Shown here one piece after another: positions 40,396 to 52,949 of a stretch of 64,000 nucleotides of DNA. Every line of letters begins with the position of its first letter. The stretch's first letter is position 1. The notes under the pieces are model-generated. The model did not search any database. It worked only from the letters and a program-made list of their open reading frames with translations, and was not told the DNA's origin. Both the position numbers and the translations under genes were made by a program. The DNA is from Eledone cirrhosa (lineage: Eukaryota), in assembly GCA_964016885.1 (NCBI GenBank), contig OZ024753.1, positions 11,780,001 to 11,844,000 of the forward strand, written 5' to 3'.

Positions 40396-40672
40396 ATTCA
40401 CATTACTCTATACATACTACTGTATTTTCATGGTAAAGACTTTACCTCACATAATTATCTCATAACATTCACATTACTCTATATATACTACTGTATTTTC
40501 ATGGTAAAGACTTTACCTCACATAATTATCTCACATAACATTTACATTACTCTATATATACTACTGTATTTTCACGTCAAAGACTTTACCTCACATAATT
40601 ATCTCACATAACATTCACATTCCTCTATATATACCACTGTATTTTCATGGTAAAGACTTTACCTCACATAAT
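40396..40672. repeat. 72-73-bp minisatellite, ~4 copies
   Basis: ATTCACATTACTCTATATATACTACTGTATTTTCATGGTAAAGACTTTACCTCACATAATTATCTCACATAAC. Confidence 0.92.
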
Positions 40673-40699
40673 ATCGAGTGGTAAAACTGATATATATAT

Positions 40700-41398
40700 A
40701 CACCACAGTAGCCAGCTCAACAGGTCATGCTATCTTCAGTAGCAATGTCCAGCATATATTGTCTTTCACTCCCTAGTTATCTACAACAACTACACCGGTA
40801 CGTGATGGGTCCCACCCACAGCCCCGGCGGACAGAATGGAGAAGGCGTTTCCCCGGAGGAGCCACTCCAACTCGTGGGGCACACACCTGCGGCTGGCCAG
40901 CTCAGCGCCTATGGTGGTGAGTAAGGAGGTAGCCCTGGGGTCGAGGACACCAGAAGTCTCCACTGCTAGGGGTGCGACCGCAAACCTGTCGGAGAGCGAC
41001 CGGTATTTGAGGAGTTTGGCCCCCCTCAGCCCGACGTGTAGCAGAACCTGGGTCAGTCGCAGACTGCACCAAGTTGCGGCTGCAGAAATTGTCGGTGCAA
41101 GTGGCATCCCAGACGAGGGGTCTGCCACAGCGGAACGGGAAGAGGGTCATGCCATCTGGCCTTTTGCCGTCCCCTCGATTCACCCCCACCGGCTCGAGCT
41201 GGGAAGGGAAGCCTGCAGCGTCCAAGCCACGCTTAATGACCTCGTTGAGGGCAGCATGGCGTGGAATGCGGCCGGCACTGTGGCGACAGGAAAGCCGGTG
41301 GAGGCCGAAAGAGTCCACGGTGGAACCGCAGCGACATTGGTGTGGCTGGCAGATCCGGAGGTCGAGCCTCAGGGAAAGGCCGATGCGCAGGCTCTATC
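40700..41398 (-). mobile_element. 5'-truncated CRE-like non-LTR retrotransposon (zinc knuckle plus restriction-like endonuclease), frameshifted
   Basis: CxC...H..SC knuckle, RHAALN, LEP, KRPDG, LVWDATC, KLLKY and PLAVETSG motifs across ORFs 40902-41318 and 40790-41128. Confidence 0.8.
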
Positions 41399-41674
41399 TC
41401 ATGTAATATAGAATCTATGAGATTTTTATATTATTTATTTTAAGAACAATACCTTAACATAAGTATGAGTGAACACTTATAGCTGGTTTTAACAGAAATG
41501 GGGGGGGGGGAAGAATTCTGGTCGGAAACGGCTGGTTTAAATGCTAAAGTGTTATCTCATTTATTTAATGTTATTGCTTAACTCATTTATTTTTGTTTTC
41601 TCGTAAAGTGGTTACGAGCAATACTAATACTTGTTTCTACTTTAGGCACAAGGCCAGCAATTACCCAGTGTATT

Positions 41675-42327
41675 ACTACTGCTACCACTGCTACTATTAC
41701 TGCTTCTATCACTACTACTATCACTACTGCTGCTACCACTACTACTATTACTGCTGCTACTATTACTGCTACTAGTACTACTGCTACTACTATTACTGCT
41801 GCTACCACTACTACTATCACCATTACTATCACTACTGCTGCTACTACTGTTGCTACTACTACTACTATCACTACTACTGCTACTACTGTTGCTACTACTA
41901 CTACCACTACCACTACCACTATCACTACTACTGCTACTACTGTTGCTACTATTACTGCTGCTACTACTACTGCTACTACTATTACTGTTTCTACTGCTGC
42001 TACTATTATTACCACTGCTACTACTGTTGCTACTATTATTACTGCTACTATTACCTCTACTACTACAACTGCTACTAGTATTACTACTACTGCTGCTACT
42101 ATTATTACTGCTACTATTACCTCTACTACTACAACTGCTACTAGTATTACTACTACTGCTGCTACTATTATTACTGCTACTATTACCTCTACTACTACAA
42201 CTGCTACTAGTATTACTACTACTGCTGCTACTAGTATTACTACTGCTGCTACTATTACTACTGCTAACGTTACTCCCACTGCTGCTACTACTGTTTCGAC
42301 GTTGATTATAATATAGTTACTACTGCT
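41675..42327. repeat. (CTA/CTG/TTA)n array, duplicated at 44278-45165
   Basis: Both copies end CTGCTAACGTTACTCCCACTGCTGCTAC.ACTGTTTCGAC...GATTATAATATAGTTACTACTGCT. Confidence 0.88.
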
Positions 42328-42444
42328 AATCCCCCCCCCCTATTTCTGTTAAAACCAGCTATAAGTGTTCACTCATACTTATGTTAAGGTATTGTTCTTA
42401 AAATAAATAATATAAAAATCTCATAGATTCTATATTACATGAGA

Positions 42445-43155
42445 TATAGCCTGCGCATCGGCTTTTCCCTGAGGCTCGGCCTCCGGATCTGCCAGCCACA
42501 CCAATGTCACTGCGGTTCCACCGTGGACTCTTTCGGCCTCCACCCGCTTTCCTGTCGCCACAGTGCCGGCCGCATTCCACGCCATGCTGTCCTCATCGAG
42601 GTCATTAAGCGTGGCTTGGACGCTGCAGGCTACCCTTCCCAGCTCGAGCCGGTGGGGCTGGATCGAGGGGACGGCAAAAGGCCAGATGGCATGAACATCT
42701 TCCCGTCCCGCTGTGGCAAACCCCTCGTCTGGGATGCCACTTGCACCGACAATTTCTGCAGCCGCAACTTGGTGCAGTCTGCGAGTGACCCAGGTTCTGC
42801 TGCACGTCGGGCTGAGCGAGCCAAACTCCTTAAATACCGGTCGCTCACCGACAGGTTTGCGGTTGGACCCTAATAGTGGAGACTTCTGGTGTCCTCGGCC
42901 CACCTTACTCACCACCATAGGCGCTGAGCTGGCCAGCCGCAGGTGTGTGCCCCGCGAGTTGGAGTGGGTCCTACAGCGCGTTTCCCTTGCCGTCCTCCGG
43001 GGAAACGCCTTCTCCATTCTGTCCGCCGGGGCTGTGGGTGGGCCCCATCACGTACCGGTGTAGTTGTTGTAGATAACTAGGGAGTGAAAGACAATAAAGC
43101 TGGACATTGCTACTAAAGATAGCATGACCTGTTGAGCTGGCTACTGTGGTGTATA
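42445..43155 (+). mobile_element. Inverted duplicate of the CRE-like RLE retrotransposon fragment
   Basis: [53 protein letters not shown] and WVLQRVSLAVLRGNA. Confidence 0.82.
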
Positions 43156-43179
43156 TATATATCAGTTTTACCACTCGAT

Positions 43180-43951
43180 ATTATGTGAGGTAAAGTCTTT
43201 GAAAATACACTAGTATATATAGAGTAATGTGAATGTTATGTGAGATAATTATGTGAGGTAAAGTCTTTACCATGAAAATACAGTAGTATATATAGAGTAA
43301 AGTGAATGTTATGTGAGATAATTATGTGAGGTAAAGTCTTTACCATGAAAATACAGTAGTATATATAGAGTAAAGTGAATGTTATGTGAGATATTATGTA
43401 AGGTAAAGTCTTTACCATGAAAATACAGTAGTATATATAGAGTAATGTGAATGTTATGTGAGATAATTATGTGAGGTAAAGTCTTTACCATGAAAATACA
43501 GTAGTATATATAGAGTAATGTGAATGTTATGTGAGATAATTATGTGAGGTAAAGTCTTTACCATGAAAATACAGTAGTATATATAGAGTAATGTGAATGT
43601 TATGTGAGATAATTATGTGAGGTAAAGTCTTTACCATGAAAATACAGTCGTATATATAGAGTAAAGTGAATGTTATGTGAGATATTATGTAAGGTAAAGT
43701 CTTTACCATGAAAATACAGTAGTATATATAGAGTAATGTGAATGTTATGTGAGATAATTATGTGAGGTAAAGTCTTTACCATGAAAATACAGTCGTATAT
43801 ATAGAGTAATGTGAATGTTATGTGAGATATTATGTGAGGTAAAGTCTTTGCCGTGAAAATACAGTAGTATATATATAGAGTAATGTGAATGTTATGTGAG
43901 GTAAAGTCTTTGCCGTGAAAATACAGTAGTATATATAGAATAATGTGAATG
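43180..43951. repeat. 72-73-bp minisatellite in inverted orientation, ~10-11 copies
   Basis: Reverse complement of the 40396-40672 unit. Confidence 0.92.
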
Positions 43952-44277
43952 CTAAACGTTTTAAACAACAACATTATCATAATAATATTTTGAATCGACA
44001 AAATAAAACCTGCGTTTTATATGAAGACACACTGGAACCAGGACCTGCATATTTAATGGCCTACGTTATGGATACCATGGGCCCCTTTATAACCAATTTA
44101 TGTAACCCATTCATCAAATAAACTATTTTCAGCTGACGGACCTAGATTTTTGAAAGTTTTTGTTGTGACCATACTAAGAGTGTTCTACTGTGTCTCCTAC
44201 CATACAAGCCTTGAGTTAACCCTTTAGCATTTTACCCGGCCATATCCGCCAGAATTCTCCCACCTGTCTGTTCAAAC

Positions 44278-46162
44278 CTGCTTCTATCACTACTACTACT
44301 GCTACTACTATTATTACTACTGCTACTACTGCTGCTACTATTATTACTACTGCTACTACTATTACTACTATTATTACTACTGCTACTACTATTACTACTA
44401 TTATTACTACTGCTACTACTATTACTACTATTATTACTACTGCTACTACTATTACTACTACTGCTACTACTATTACTACTATTATTACTACTGCTACTAC
44501 TACTATTATTACTACTGCTACTACTACTATTATTACTACTGCTACTACTATTACTACTATTATTACTACTGCTACTACTATTACTACTACTACTACTACT
44601 GCTACTATTATTACTACTGCTACTACTATTACTACTATTATTACTACTGCTACTACTATTACTACTATTATTACTACTGCTACTACTATTACTACTATTA
44701 TTACTAATGCTACTACTATTACTACTATTATTACTAATGCTACTACTATTACTACTGCTGCTACTACTGCTACTACTGTTGCTACTACTGCTACTACTGT
44801 TGCTACTATTACTGCTACTACTGTTGCTACTATTACTGCTACTACTACTACTTTTACTAGTACTGCTTCTATCACTAATACTTTTACTAGTACTGCTTCT
44901 ATCACTAATACTACTACTGTTGCTACAATTACTGCTACTACTGCTTCTATCACTACTGCTACTACAGTTGTTACTATTACTGCTGCTACCATTACTGCTG
45001 CTACCATTACTGCTGCTGCTACTACTACTGCTACTACTACTACTGCTGCTGCTACTACTGCTACTACTGCTGCTGCTGCTACTACTGCTACTACTACTGC
45101 TAACGTTACTCCCACTGCTGCTACGACTGTTTCGACTGCTGATTATAATATAGTTACTACTGCTGCTGCCGTTGTTGCTGCTGCAGATACTATTGTAGCT
45201 ACTACTGCTGCTATAGCTGACGTTGCTGCCGTTGCTGTTCCTGCTTCTACTGCTGACGTTGCTGTTCCTGCTGCTGCTGCTTCTATTGCCGACGTTGCTG
45301 TTCCTGTTCCTGCTTCTACTGCTGACGTTGCTGCTGCTTCTACTGCTGTTCCTGCTGTACTTCTACTGCTGTTACTTCTACTGCTGCTGTTCCTGCTGCC
45401 ACTTCTACTGCTGCCGTTGCTGCTTCTACTGCTGCCGTTGCTGCTTCTACTGCTGACGTTGCTCTTCCTGCTTCTACTGCCGACGTTGCTGTTCCTGTTC
45501 CTGCTTCTATTGCCGACGTTGCTGTTCCTGTTCCTGCTTCTACTGCTGACGTTGCTGTTCCTGTTCCTGCTTCTACTGCTGACGTTGCTGCTGCTTCTAC
45601 TGCTGTTCCTGCTGTACTTCTACTGCTGTTACTTCTACTGCTGCTGTTCCTGCTGCTACTTCTACTGCTGCCGTTGCTGCTTCTAATGCTGCCGTTGCTG
45701 CTTCTAATGCTGCCGTTGCTGCTTCTACTGCTGCCGTTGCTGCTGCTGCTTCTACTGCTGTCGTTGCTGCTGCTGCTTCTACTGCTGTCCCTGCTGCTGC
45801 TTCTACTGCCGCCGTTGCTGCTGCTGCTTCTACTGCCGCCGTTGCTGCTTCTACTGCTGTCGTTGCTGCTGCTGCTTCTACTGCTGACGTTGCTCTTCCT
45901 GTTGCTGCTGCTGCTTCTACTGCTGTTCCTGCTGCTACTTCTACTGCTGCCGTTGCTGCTGCTGCTTCTACTGCTGTCGTTGCTGTTCCTGCTGCTACTT
46001 CTACTGCTGCCGTTGCTGCTGCTTCTACTGCTGCCGTTGCTGCTCCTGCTGCTGCTTCTACTGTCAGTATTACTACTACTACTGACATTACTACTGCTAA
46101 CGTTGCTGCTGCTGCAACTGTAAGTGCAGCTATTACTGCAGTTGTTGCATCTGCTGCTGCTT
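44278..46162. repeat. (CTA/TTA)n then (CTG/GTT)n degenerate trinucleotide arrays
   Basis: Directly visible. Confidence 0.92.
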
Positions 46163-46297
46163 CATTCATGTCCCTACTGCTAATACAGCCCCATCAAGGC
46201 TTCTTTTTCCAGTCGCTAATCCTAACAGGGGGCGCAACTCCTCCTGTATGTGGTTGATTTTTGGCGCCCCATGAAATTTCTGTTCCACTGTGGTCGC

Positions 46298-47232
46298 AAT
46301 GATGGTGGTCGTGGTCGTGGTGGTCGTGGTGGTGGTCGTGGTGGTCGTGGTGGTGGTCGTCGTGGTGGTCGTGGTGGTGGTCGTGGTGGTGGTCGTGATG
46401 GTGGTCGTGATGGTGGTCGTGGTGGTGGTCGTGATGGTAGTGGTGGTGGTCGGCGTCGTGATGGTGGTCGTGGTGGTGGTGGTTGTGGTGGTTGTGGTGG
46501 TCGTGGTGGTCGTGGTGGTGGTTGTGGTGGTGGTCGTGGTGGTGGTTGTGGTGGTGGTTGTGGTGGTGGTGGGGGTGGTGGTGGTCGTGGTGGTGATGGT
46601 GGGGATGGTGGTCGTTGTCATGACGGTGGTGGTGGTCGTGTTGGTCGTTGTCATGACGGTGGTGGTGGTCGTGGTGGTCGTGGTGGTCGGCGTCGTGATG
46701 GTGGTGGTTGTGGTGGTGGTGGTGATGATTGTCATGGTGGTGGTGGTGGTGGTAGTGGTGGTGGTCGGCGTCGTGATGGTGGTCGTGGTGGTGGTGGTTG
46801 TGGTGGTTGTGGTGGTCGTGGTGGTGGTCGTGGTGGTTGTGGTGGTGGTTGTGGTGGTGGTGGTGGTGGGGGGGGGGGGGTCGTGGTGGTGATGGTGGGG
46901 ATGGTGGTCGTTGTCATGACGGTGGTGGTGGTCGTGTTGGTCGTTGTCATGACGGTGGTGGTGGTCGTGGTGGTCGTGGTGGTGGTGGTCGTGGTGGTGG
47001 TGGTTGTGGTGGTGGTGGTTGTGGTGGTGGTGGTGATGATTGTCATGGTGGTGGTGGTGGTGGTGGTCGTGATGGTGGTGGTGGTCGTGATGGTGGTGGT
47101 GGTCGTGGTCGTGGTCGTGGTGGTGGTGGTGGTCGTGATGGTGGTGGTGGTCGTGATGGTGGTGGTCGTGATGGTGGTGGTCGTGATGGTGGTGGTCGTG
47201 ATGGTGGTGATGATAATGACGATAATGATGAT
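46298..47232. repeat. (GGT/CGT/GAT)n array with an internal ~300-bp duplication
   Basis: The block GGTAGTGGTGGTGGTCGGCGTCG...GTCATGACGG...GATGATTGTCATGG occurs twice. Confidence 0.9.
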
Positions 47233-47459
47233 GACCACAGCTCCATCCCTTGCCAGGTTTACTATTACTACAGCTGTTACCGTTGTCTCTGTAGTTGAGA
47301 AAATTAATAATTCTGCTATGTTTACTACATTTGCTATCACTTGGTTAATCTGTTGCATATATTTCTACTTCTGCTTGCTGGTACATCAACTACGACTCTT
47401 AGGGGGGAAATATACAGCATGTGATATACAGCTTTTTGCAACACGCACCTTAAACATTG

Positions 47460-47900
47460 TACATGAATATCCAACATTTCACCAAATAAAGGAAGATTCA
47501 ATACAGCTATAAACTCCTTACATAGGGCGACGGTTAATAAAAGATAGAGAAAACTACAAAAAGTTAACCAATCAACTGAAACATCCATATTTAATGAATC
47601 CCCAAATCACAAAATAAAACCATGATCGGAATATATACGGATTCTACTCCATATAACTTTAATCTGAAATCCAATTTTGCACAAACATAATTACATCAAT
47701 ATTTAGTCCACAAAAGATATTTCAAGCTCTTCATCTGACAAAACGTAAATATTGTCTATTGTTGCATATTAATATCAGAAATATCGGAAATAGGCACACA
47801 ACGTAATAAAGCGAAAAATAAGGAAATCAACTCCATAAACAGAGAACAGACGAAATAATTGGAACATCTTAAAGAAAGTTATGCCCCTTGAACAGTGAAA
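47460..47900 (+). pseudogene. Highly decayed Naiad-type Penelope-like element (RT thumb/linker region)
   Basis: Fragments ISNISPNKGRFNTA, RNI..PYNFNLKSNFA, YFKLFI*QNVNIVYCC and CPLNSE parallel the RNIIWFNPPY / KISYSC / CPL motifs of this group. Confidence 0.5.
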
Positions 47901-48286
47901 GTTTTTGAACTTCTTCGATGCATTATCCATCCCCTAAAATAAAGAATCACTCTAGAATATATATGAGAATGTTATAGCAAATCCACGTGTTTGTAGATTT
48001 ACTCTGGTTCTTTACTTTTAGATTTCATAACCGTGTTCAGTATAAGAACGTACCAGGAATTTACTGGGGATTTGTATAATCGATTTTCACCTTCCCCCAT
48101 TGCTGATAGTGTATCGATATATATTTCTATATTTCATAATTATACTGCTAGTTGTATTTCTTAGATATGTTCAGAATATAGCGACGAAATAGAAAAGGAA
48201 TCCAAATTATAAAAGATCTTACGTCTACCTTTGCAAGCAGGGGTTACCCATTACAAAGTCGGAAAGTGGGGTGTTACAGCCCTTGT

Positions 48287-48870
48287 CTACCCCCCCCCCC
48301 CCCCTCCGTCATTATGGGGTTTGAGGGCGAGGTAAGTCCTACGCAATCTGTGTTTGCATGCAGTTACCAGTTCGTCTTTCTTGTTTAGGAGTTGGTCCGT
48401 CGAAAACAGCATTTGTAAAGTTTCCTCCGAGCATAAATTGCACGGACGGTGTCCTCCCGTGTAAGAATTGGCTCTGGACAGTAAGCTCCAAATGAGATCA
48501 TAGGTAATATTGTTATCCTTGTGGTCCCAGATGTGGCCCGAATGTGTGGTGGCGTGACGCCGGGCCGGGTTTCGGAAGGTATATCTGTGTTGGTATAGCC
48601 GGGTCTTGAAGTCACATGCGGTTAATCCTATATAAGCTTTATTGGAGGTGTCCGTCCTCACGTTGCACTGGTAGATCATATTACGATCTTTGCATCTGTT
48701 GTCGAGGGGGCAAATGGATCCATCAGGACAGTTGCACCTCCTGGTCGGCTCTCCACTGATATTTAGGTTATTTCTTCCATAGGGGTTGAGTTTTTTGTTG
48801 TTTGAGGAGACGATGTTTTGTGCAAAGTTTGGTGTGGTGCTGTAGGAGAGTTTGATGGTATTTTTGTTGG
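48287..48870 (-). mobile_element. 5'-truncated Penelope-like retroelement (Naiad-type): linker plus GIY-YIG endonuclease, open frame
   Basis: Manual extension of ORF 48287-48679 gives NKNTIKLSYSTTPN...CNCPDGSICPLDNRC..MIYQC..AYIGLT..FKTRLYQH...PCNLCSEE...LLNKKDELVTACKH. Confidence 0.88.
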
Positions 48871-48874
48871 AATT

Positions 48875-48966
48875 ACCCCCTGAGAAGCTCGGCTATTATA
48901 CCAGGTTAAAATGTTCATTTAGTCCAGAATTAGCCGTCGAAACGGCTTGAGCTCAGCCGTCGGTGT
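48875..48966 (+). ncRNA. Complete family A type I hammerhead-like motif with a long loop II
   Basis: ACCCC-CTGAGAA-G..CGGCTA-(35 nt)-TAGCCG.C-GAAA-CGGC-TTGAGCTCA-GCCG-TC-GGTGT; GUC triplet; C3-A8 mismatch in this copy. Confidence 0.6.
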
Positions 48967-48979
48967 CCTACTCGTTCCT

Positions 48980-49342
48980 AATATAATATATATATATATA
49001 TATATGCATAATATATATAATATAATATACATATATATGCATAATATATATAATATAATATACATATATATGCATAATATATAATATAATATATAATATA
49101 ATATATATATATATGCATAATATATATATACATATATATATGCATAATATATACATATATATATATATGCATAATATATATATACATATATATATATGCA
49201 TATTATATACATATATATATATATATGCATAATATATATATACATATATATATATGCATATTATATACATATATATATATATATGCATAATATATATATA
49301 CATATATATATATGCATAATATATATATACATATATATATAT
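48980..49342. repeat. (TA)n with periodic GCATAA/ACAT interruptions
   Basis: Directly visible. Confidence 0.9.
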
Positions 49343-49569
49343 TGTTATTTCAACTGTCAAATTAGTAAGCATCTTTATTACTCAATTGAATATTTTAGAA
49401 TGTAAAGTAGAGATATTAATCATTACAGCGCCACCTGACGGCGATGTGTTCATCTAATAAACAAGGTAATATCATTGTAATATCACATGTCATTCAGTTT
49501 ATATAGAGATGTCCGCTTGAAATATAGTTTAGATATATGCTACACTAGTCCTTGGGGGAGGGGGCGGAG

Positions 49570-50302
49570 GGAGAGATAAAGTAAGAGAGAGTGAGTGAGA
49601 GAGAGTGTGTGAGAGAGAGAGTGTGTGAGAGAGAGAGAGTGTGTGAGAGAGAGAGAGAGTGTGAGAGAGAGAGAGTGTGTGAGAGAGAGAGAGTGTGTGA
49701 GAGAGAGAGAGTGTGTGAGAGAGAGAGAGTGTGTGAGAGAGTGTGTGAGAGAGAGTGTGTGAGAGAGAGTGTGTGAGAGAGAGTATGTGTGTGTGACAGA
49801 GTGTGTGTGACAGAGAGTGTGTGACAGAGAGTGTGTGACAGAGAGTGTGTGACAGAGAGTGTGTGACAGAGAGTGTGTGACAGAGAGTGTGTGACAGAGA
49901 GTGTGTGACAGAGAGTGTGTGACAGAGAGTGTGTGACAGAGTGTGTGACAGTGTGTGTGACAAAGAGTGTGACAGTGTGTGAGAGCGAGTGTGTGAGAGT
50001 GTGTGTGAGAGTATGTGTGAGAGAGAGAGTGTGTGAGAGAGAGAGAGTGTGAGAGAGAGTGTGTGAGAGTGTGTGTGAGAGAGAGAGTGTGTGTGAGAGA
50101 GAGAGAGTGTGTGAGAGAGAGAGTGTGTGTGAGAGAGAGAGAGTGTGTGAGAGAGAGAGAGTGTGTGAGAGAGAGAGAGTGTGTGAGAGAGAGAGAGTGT
50201 GTGAGAGAGAGAGAGTGTGTGAGAGAAAGAGCGTGAGAGAGAGAGAGTGTGTGAGAGAAAGAGCGAAAGAGAGAGAAAGAGAGAAAGAGAGAAAGAGGGA
50301 GA
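49570..50302. repeat. (GA)n(GT)n compound satellite
   Basis: GAGAGAGAGTGTGT and GACAGAGAGTGTGT units. Confidence 0.93.
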
Positions 50303-50457
50303 ATAACATACAGATAGATGTATACTTTTCATTCTATTCCTGTCATCCATGATACAGTAAGCAGATGAAACGCTTTCCATCTTTCATCTCTGGTCGCTTT
50401 AATAGTTACTATGTAATATTCTAGTCCGAGAATTAAAACCTATTAACAGAACAATTC

Positions 50458-50635
50458 TGCATCGGTAGAGAGTCGGACGCCATGCTTCCCAGCATAGTTA
50501 CGTCCCTTTACCATCTGAGTTCAAATCCCGCCGAGGTTGACTTTGCCTTTCATCCTTACGGGGTCGATAAAATAAAGTACCAGTAATGCACTGGTTAATT
50601 GCTGGCCTTGTGTCTAAAGTAGAAACAATTATTTT
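50458..50635 (+). mobile_element. Family-1 SINE
   Basis: B-box, core and tail match the consensus. Confidence 0.87.
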
Positions 50636-50842
50636 GTAAATTTCTTTCGCATAAGGACATGTTGGATTGTTGTTTATTACAATTCGATTAAGCTATAGCC
50701 CAGATGGAGTCTCCTTTTCTTGGTTCAGTAAACAATTTAACTTATGGCACCATTCACTTCAAGCTTTCCATAAGTTATTGAAACTGTGTACATCAATATA
50801 CACTCTTGACAGGTGCAATGTGACCGAACACGGAAGCGCCCC

Positions 50843-51763
50843 CCATCTCTCACGTACACCAGGTCCGAACACGGAACAGCCGAACTCCCACTGTCATCGT
50901 CTCCCATCTCTCTCGCCTTCCCCATCTCTCATGTACACCAGGTCCGAACACGGAACAGCCGAACTCCCACTGTCATCGTCTCCCATCTCTCTCGCCTTCC
51001 CCATCTCTCATGTACACCAGGTCCGAACACGGAACAGCCGAACTCCCACTGTCATCGTCTCCCATCTCTCTCGCCTTCCCCATCTCTCACGTACACCAGG
51101 TCCGAACACGGAAGAGCCGAACTCCCACTGTCATCGTCTCCCATCTCTCTCGCCTTCCCCATCTCTCACGTACACCAGGTCCGAACACGGAACAGCCGAA
51201 CTCCCACTGTTATCGTCTCCCATCTCTCTCGCCTTCCCCATCTCTCACGTACACCAGGTCCGAACACGGAACAGCCGAACTCCCACTGTCATCGTCTCCC
51301 ATCTCTCTCGCTCTCCCCATCTCTCACGTACACCAGGGCCGAACACAGAAGAGCCGAACTCCCACTGTTATCGTCTCCCATCTCTCTCGCTCTCCCCATC
51401 TCTCACGTACACCAGGGCCGAACACAGAAGAGCCGAACTCCCACTGTCATCGTCTCCCATCTCTCTCGCCTTCCCCATCTCTCATGTACACCAGGTCCGA
51501 ACACGGAAGAGCCGAACTCCCACTGTTATCGTCTCCCATCTCTCTCGCTCTCCCCATCTCTCACGTACACCAGGGCCGAACACAGAAGAGCCGAACTCCC
51601 ACTGTCATCGTCTCCAATCTCTCTCGCCTTCCCCATCTCTCATGTACACCAGGTCCGAACTCCCAATGTCATCGCCCCCATCTCTCACGTACACCAGGTC
51701 CGAACACGGAAGAGCCGAACTCCCACCGTCATCGCCCCCATCTATTTCGCCTTCCCCATCTCT
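50843..51763. repeat. 79-bp GC-rich minisatellite, ~11-12 copies
   Basis: AGGTCCGAAC recurs at 50861, 50940 and 51019; the ORFs in three frames are repeat translations. Confidence 0.95.
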
Positions 51764-51764
51764 G

Positions 51765-51992
51765 TGTAGACAGCAAATGGGGTCCCACGTGCTGACCGCC
51801 CCACAGCCCCGGCGGACAGAATGAAGAAGGCGTTTTATCTCCCTGGAGGATGGTAAGGGAGATGCGCTGGAAGAGCCATTCCATGTCGCGAGTCACACAC
51901 CTGCAGCTGACCATCTCAGCGTCTATGGTGGTAAGTCGGGACATAGCCCAAGGACACCAGAAGTCTCCACTTCTAAGGGCACGACCGCAAAA
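51765..51992 (-). mobile_element. Third, older CRE-like 3' fragment
   Basis: CCACAGCCCCGGCGGACAGAATG and GGACACCAGAAGTCTCCACT shared with 40815-40985; reads MEWLFQRISLTILQG. Confidence 0.72.
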
Positions 51993-52364
51993 CAGTTAAT
52001 AAATATATATATAGTTAACCAAACTATTTCTATGAGTAAGCCAGGGAAATCACCGGCGCACCCTTCATATTGCGTCTAATAATGCAAAAACATCATCGCA
52101 TGTTGTTTTTCGCCCTTGTCTTTTCTTAAAGTTCGTACAATTTTGTGGCTAATACGAATACTCAAAACCGCAAATAGTAGGATGAATTTAGACGTGATTG
52201 TCACTGTACTCCTAGACGCATGGATTTTCCTAAGTCACCTTCAGGGCTCTACCAATACTGGAATGTCTGACACCTTTGATTTTAGCCACAGGGTTTATGT
52301 GGCCATTTTATTCAAGACCAATTCTTCGAAGGAAGAAGATATAAACATATTTGTAATTTTCCTT

Positions 52365-52525
52365 ATAATTGTTTCTACATTTAGTACAAAGCCAGCAATT
52401 CTCAGGGAAGGGGAAAGTTGACTAATCGACCCTAGTGCATTACTATTACTTAATTCTATGAACTTATCAGGATGAAATACAAAGATAACCTCGGCGGGTT
52501 TTGATCTCGGAACGTAAAGGGTGAT
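52365..52525 (-). mobile_element. Family-1 SINE, diverged
   Basis: Reverse-complement tail and core. Confidence 0.7.
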
Positions 52526-52914
52526 AATGAACTATGTTTTCTCGTAAAAATAAATTTTGTATTTTCCGTAGAATCTTCAGTTCTTTAAATGATGTTCTTA
52601 ACTACACAGCAGTTCTTAAAATTAAACATAGGGAATCTTATATAGTTCTGTTCACATGTAGGATATGTTCTGAGTACAGTGCGTCGACTGAAGTTCTAAA
52701 TTATATACTAGTATTGTTTTATTATTACTAATTTCTACGAGGTTGGTAGAATATCAAAATCAGTGATGTACCAGACAAAATATACGGAGAACGAAGGAAA
52801 AACACGGACAGATATATTAACTCTACTCTAGAGATATGTATGTAAAAAATAATCATTTTTCTTCACCTTTTTATTCGCATAAAAATGCAACATAACTACA
52901 TTACGCATACCCAC

Positions 52915-52949
52915 CGTTGAAAAAGCATATAATGCTGAAACCGGTAACG
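52915..52949 (+). ncRNA. Minimal hammerhead-like motif, U3-A8 variant
   Basis: TTGAAAA-AGCAT-ATA-ATGCT-GAAA-CCGG-TA; palindromic stem III ACCGGT; stem I is poor. Confidence 0.45.

Noticed and set aside
48287-48870. Selenocysteine recoding, reported for some Naiad elements
   Set aside because: The frame contains no internal UGA; the conserved cysteines use normal codons
50667-51824. 385-aa repetitive ORF
   Set aside because: The 79-bp unit is not a multiple of three and cycles through all frames; a minisatellite lacking stop codons
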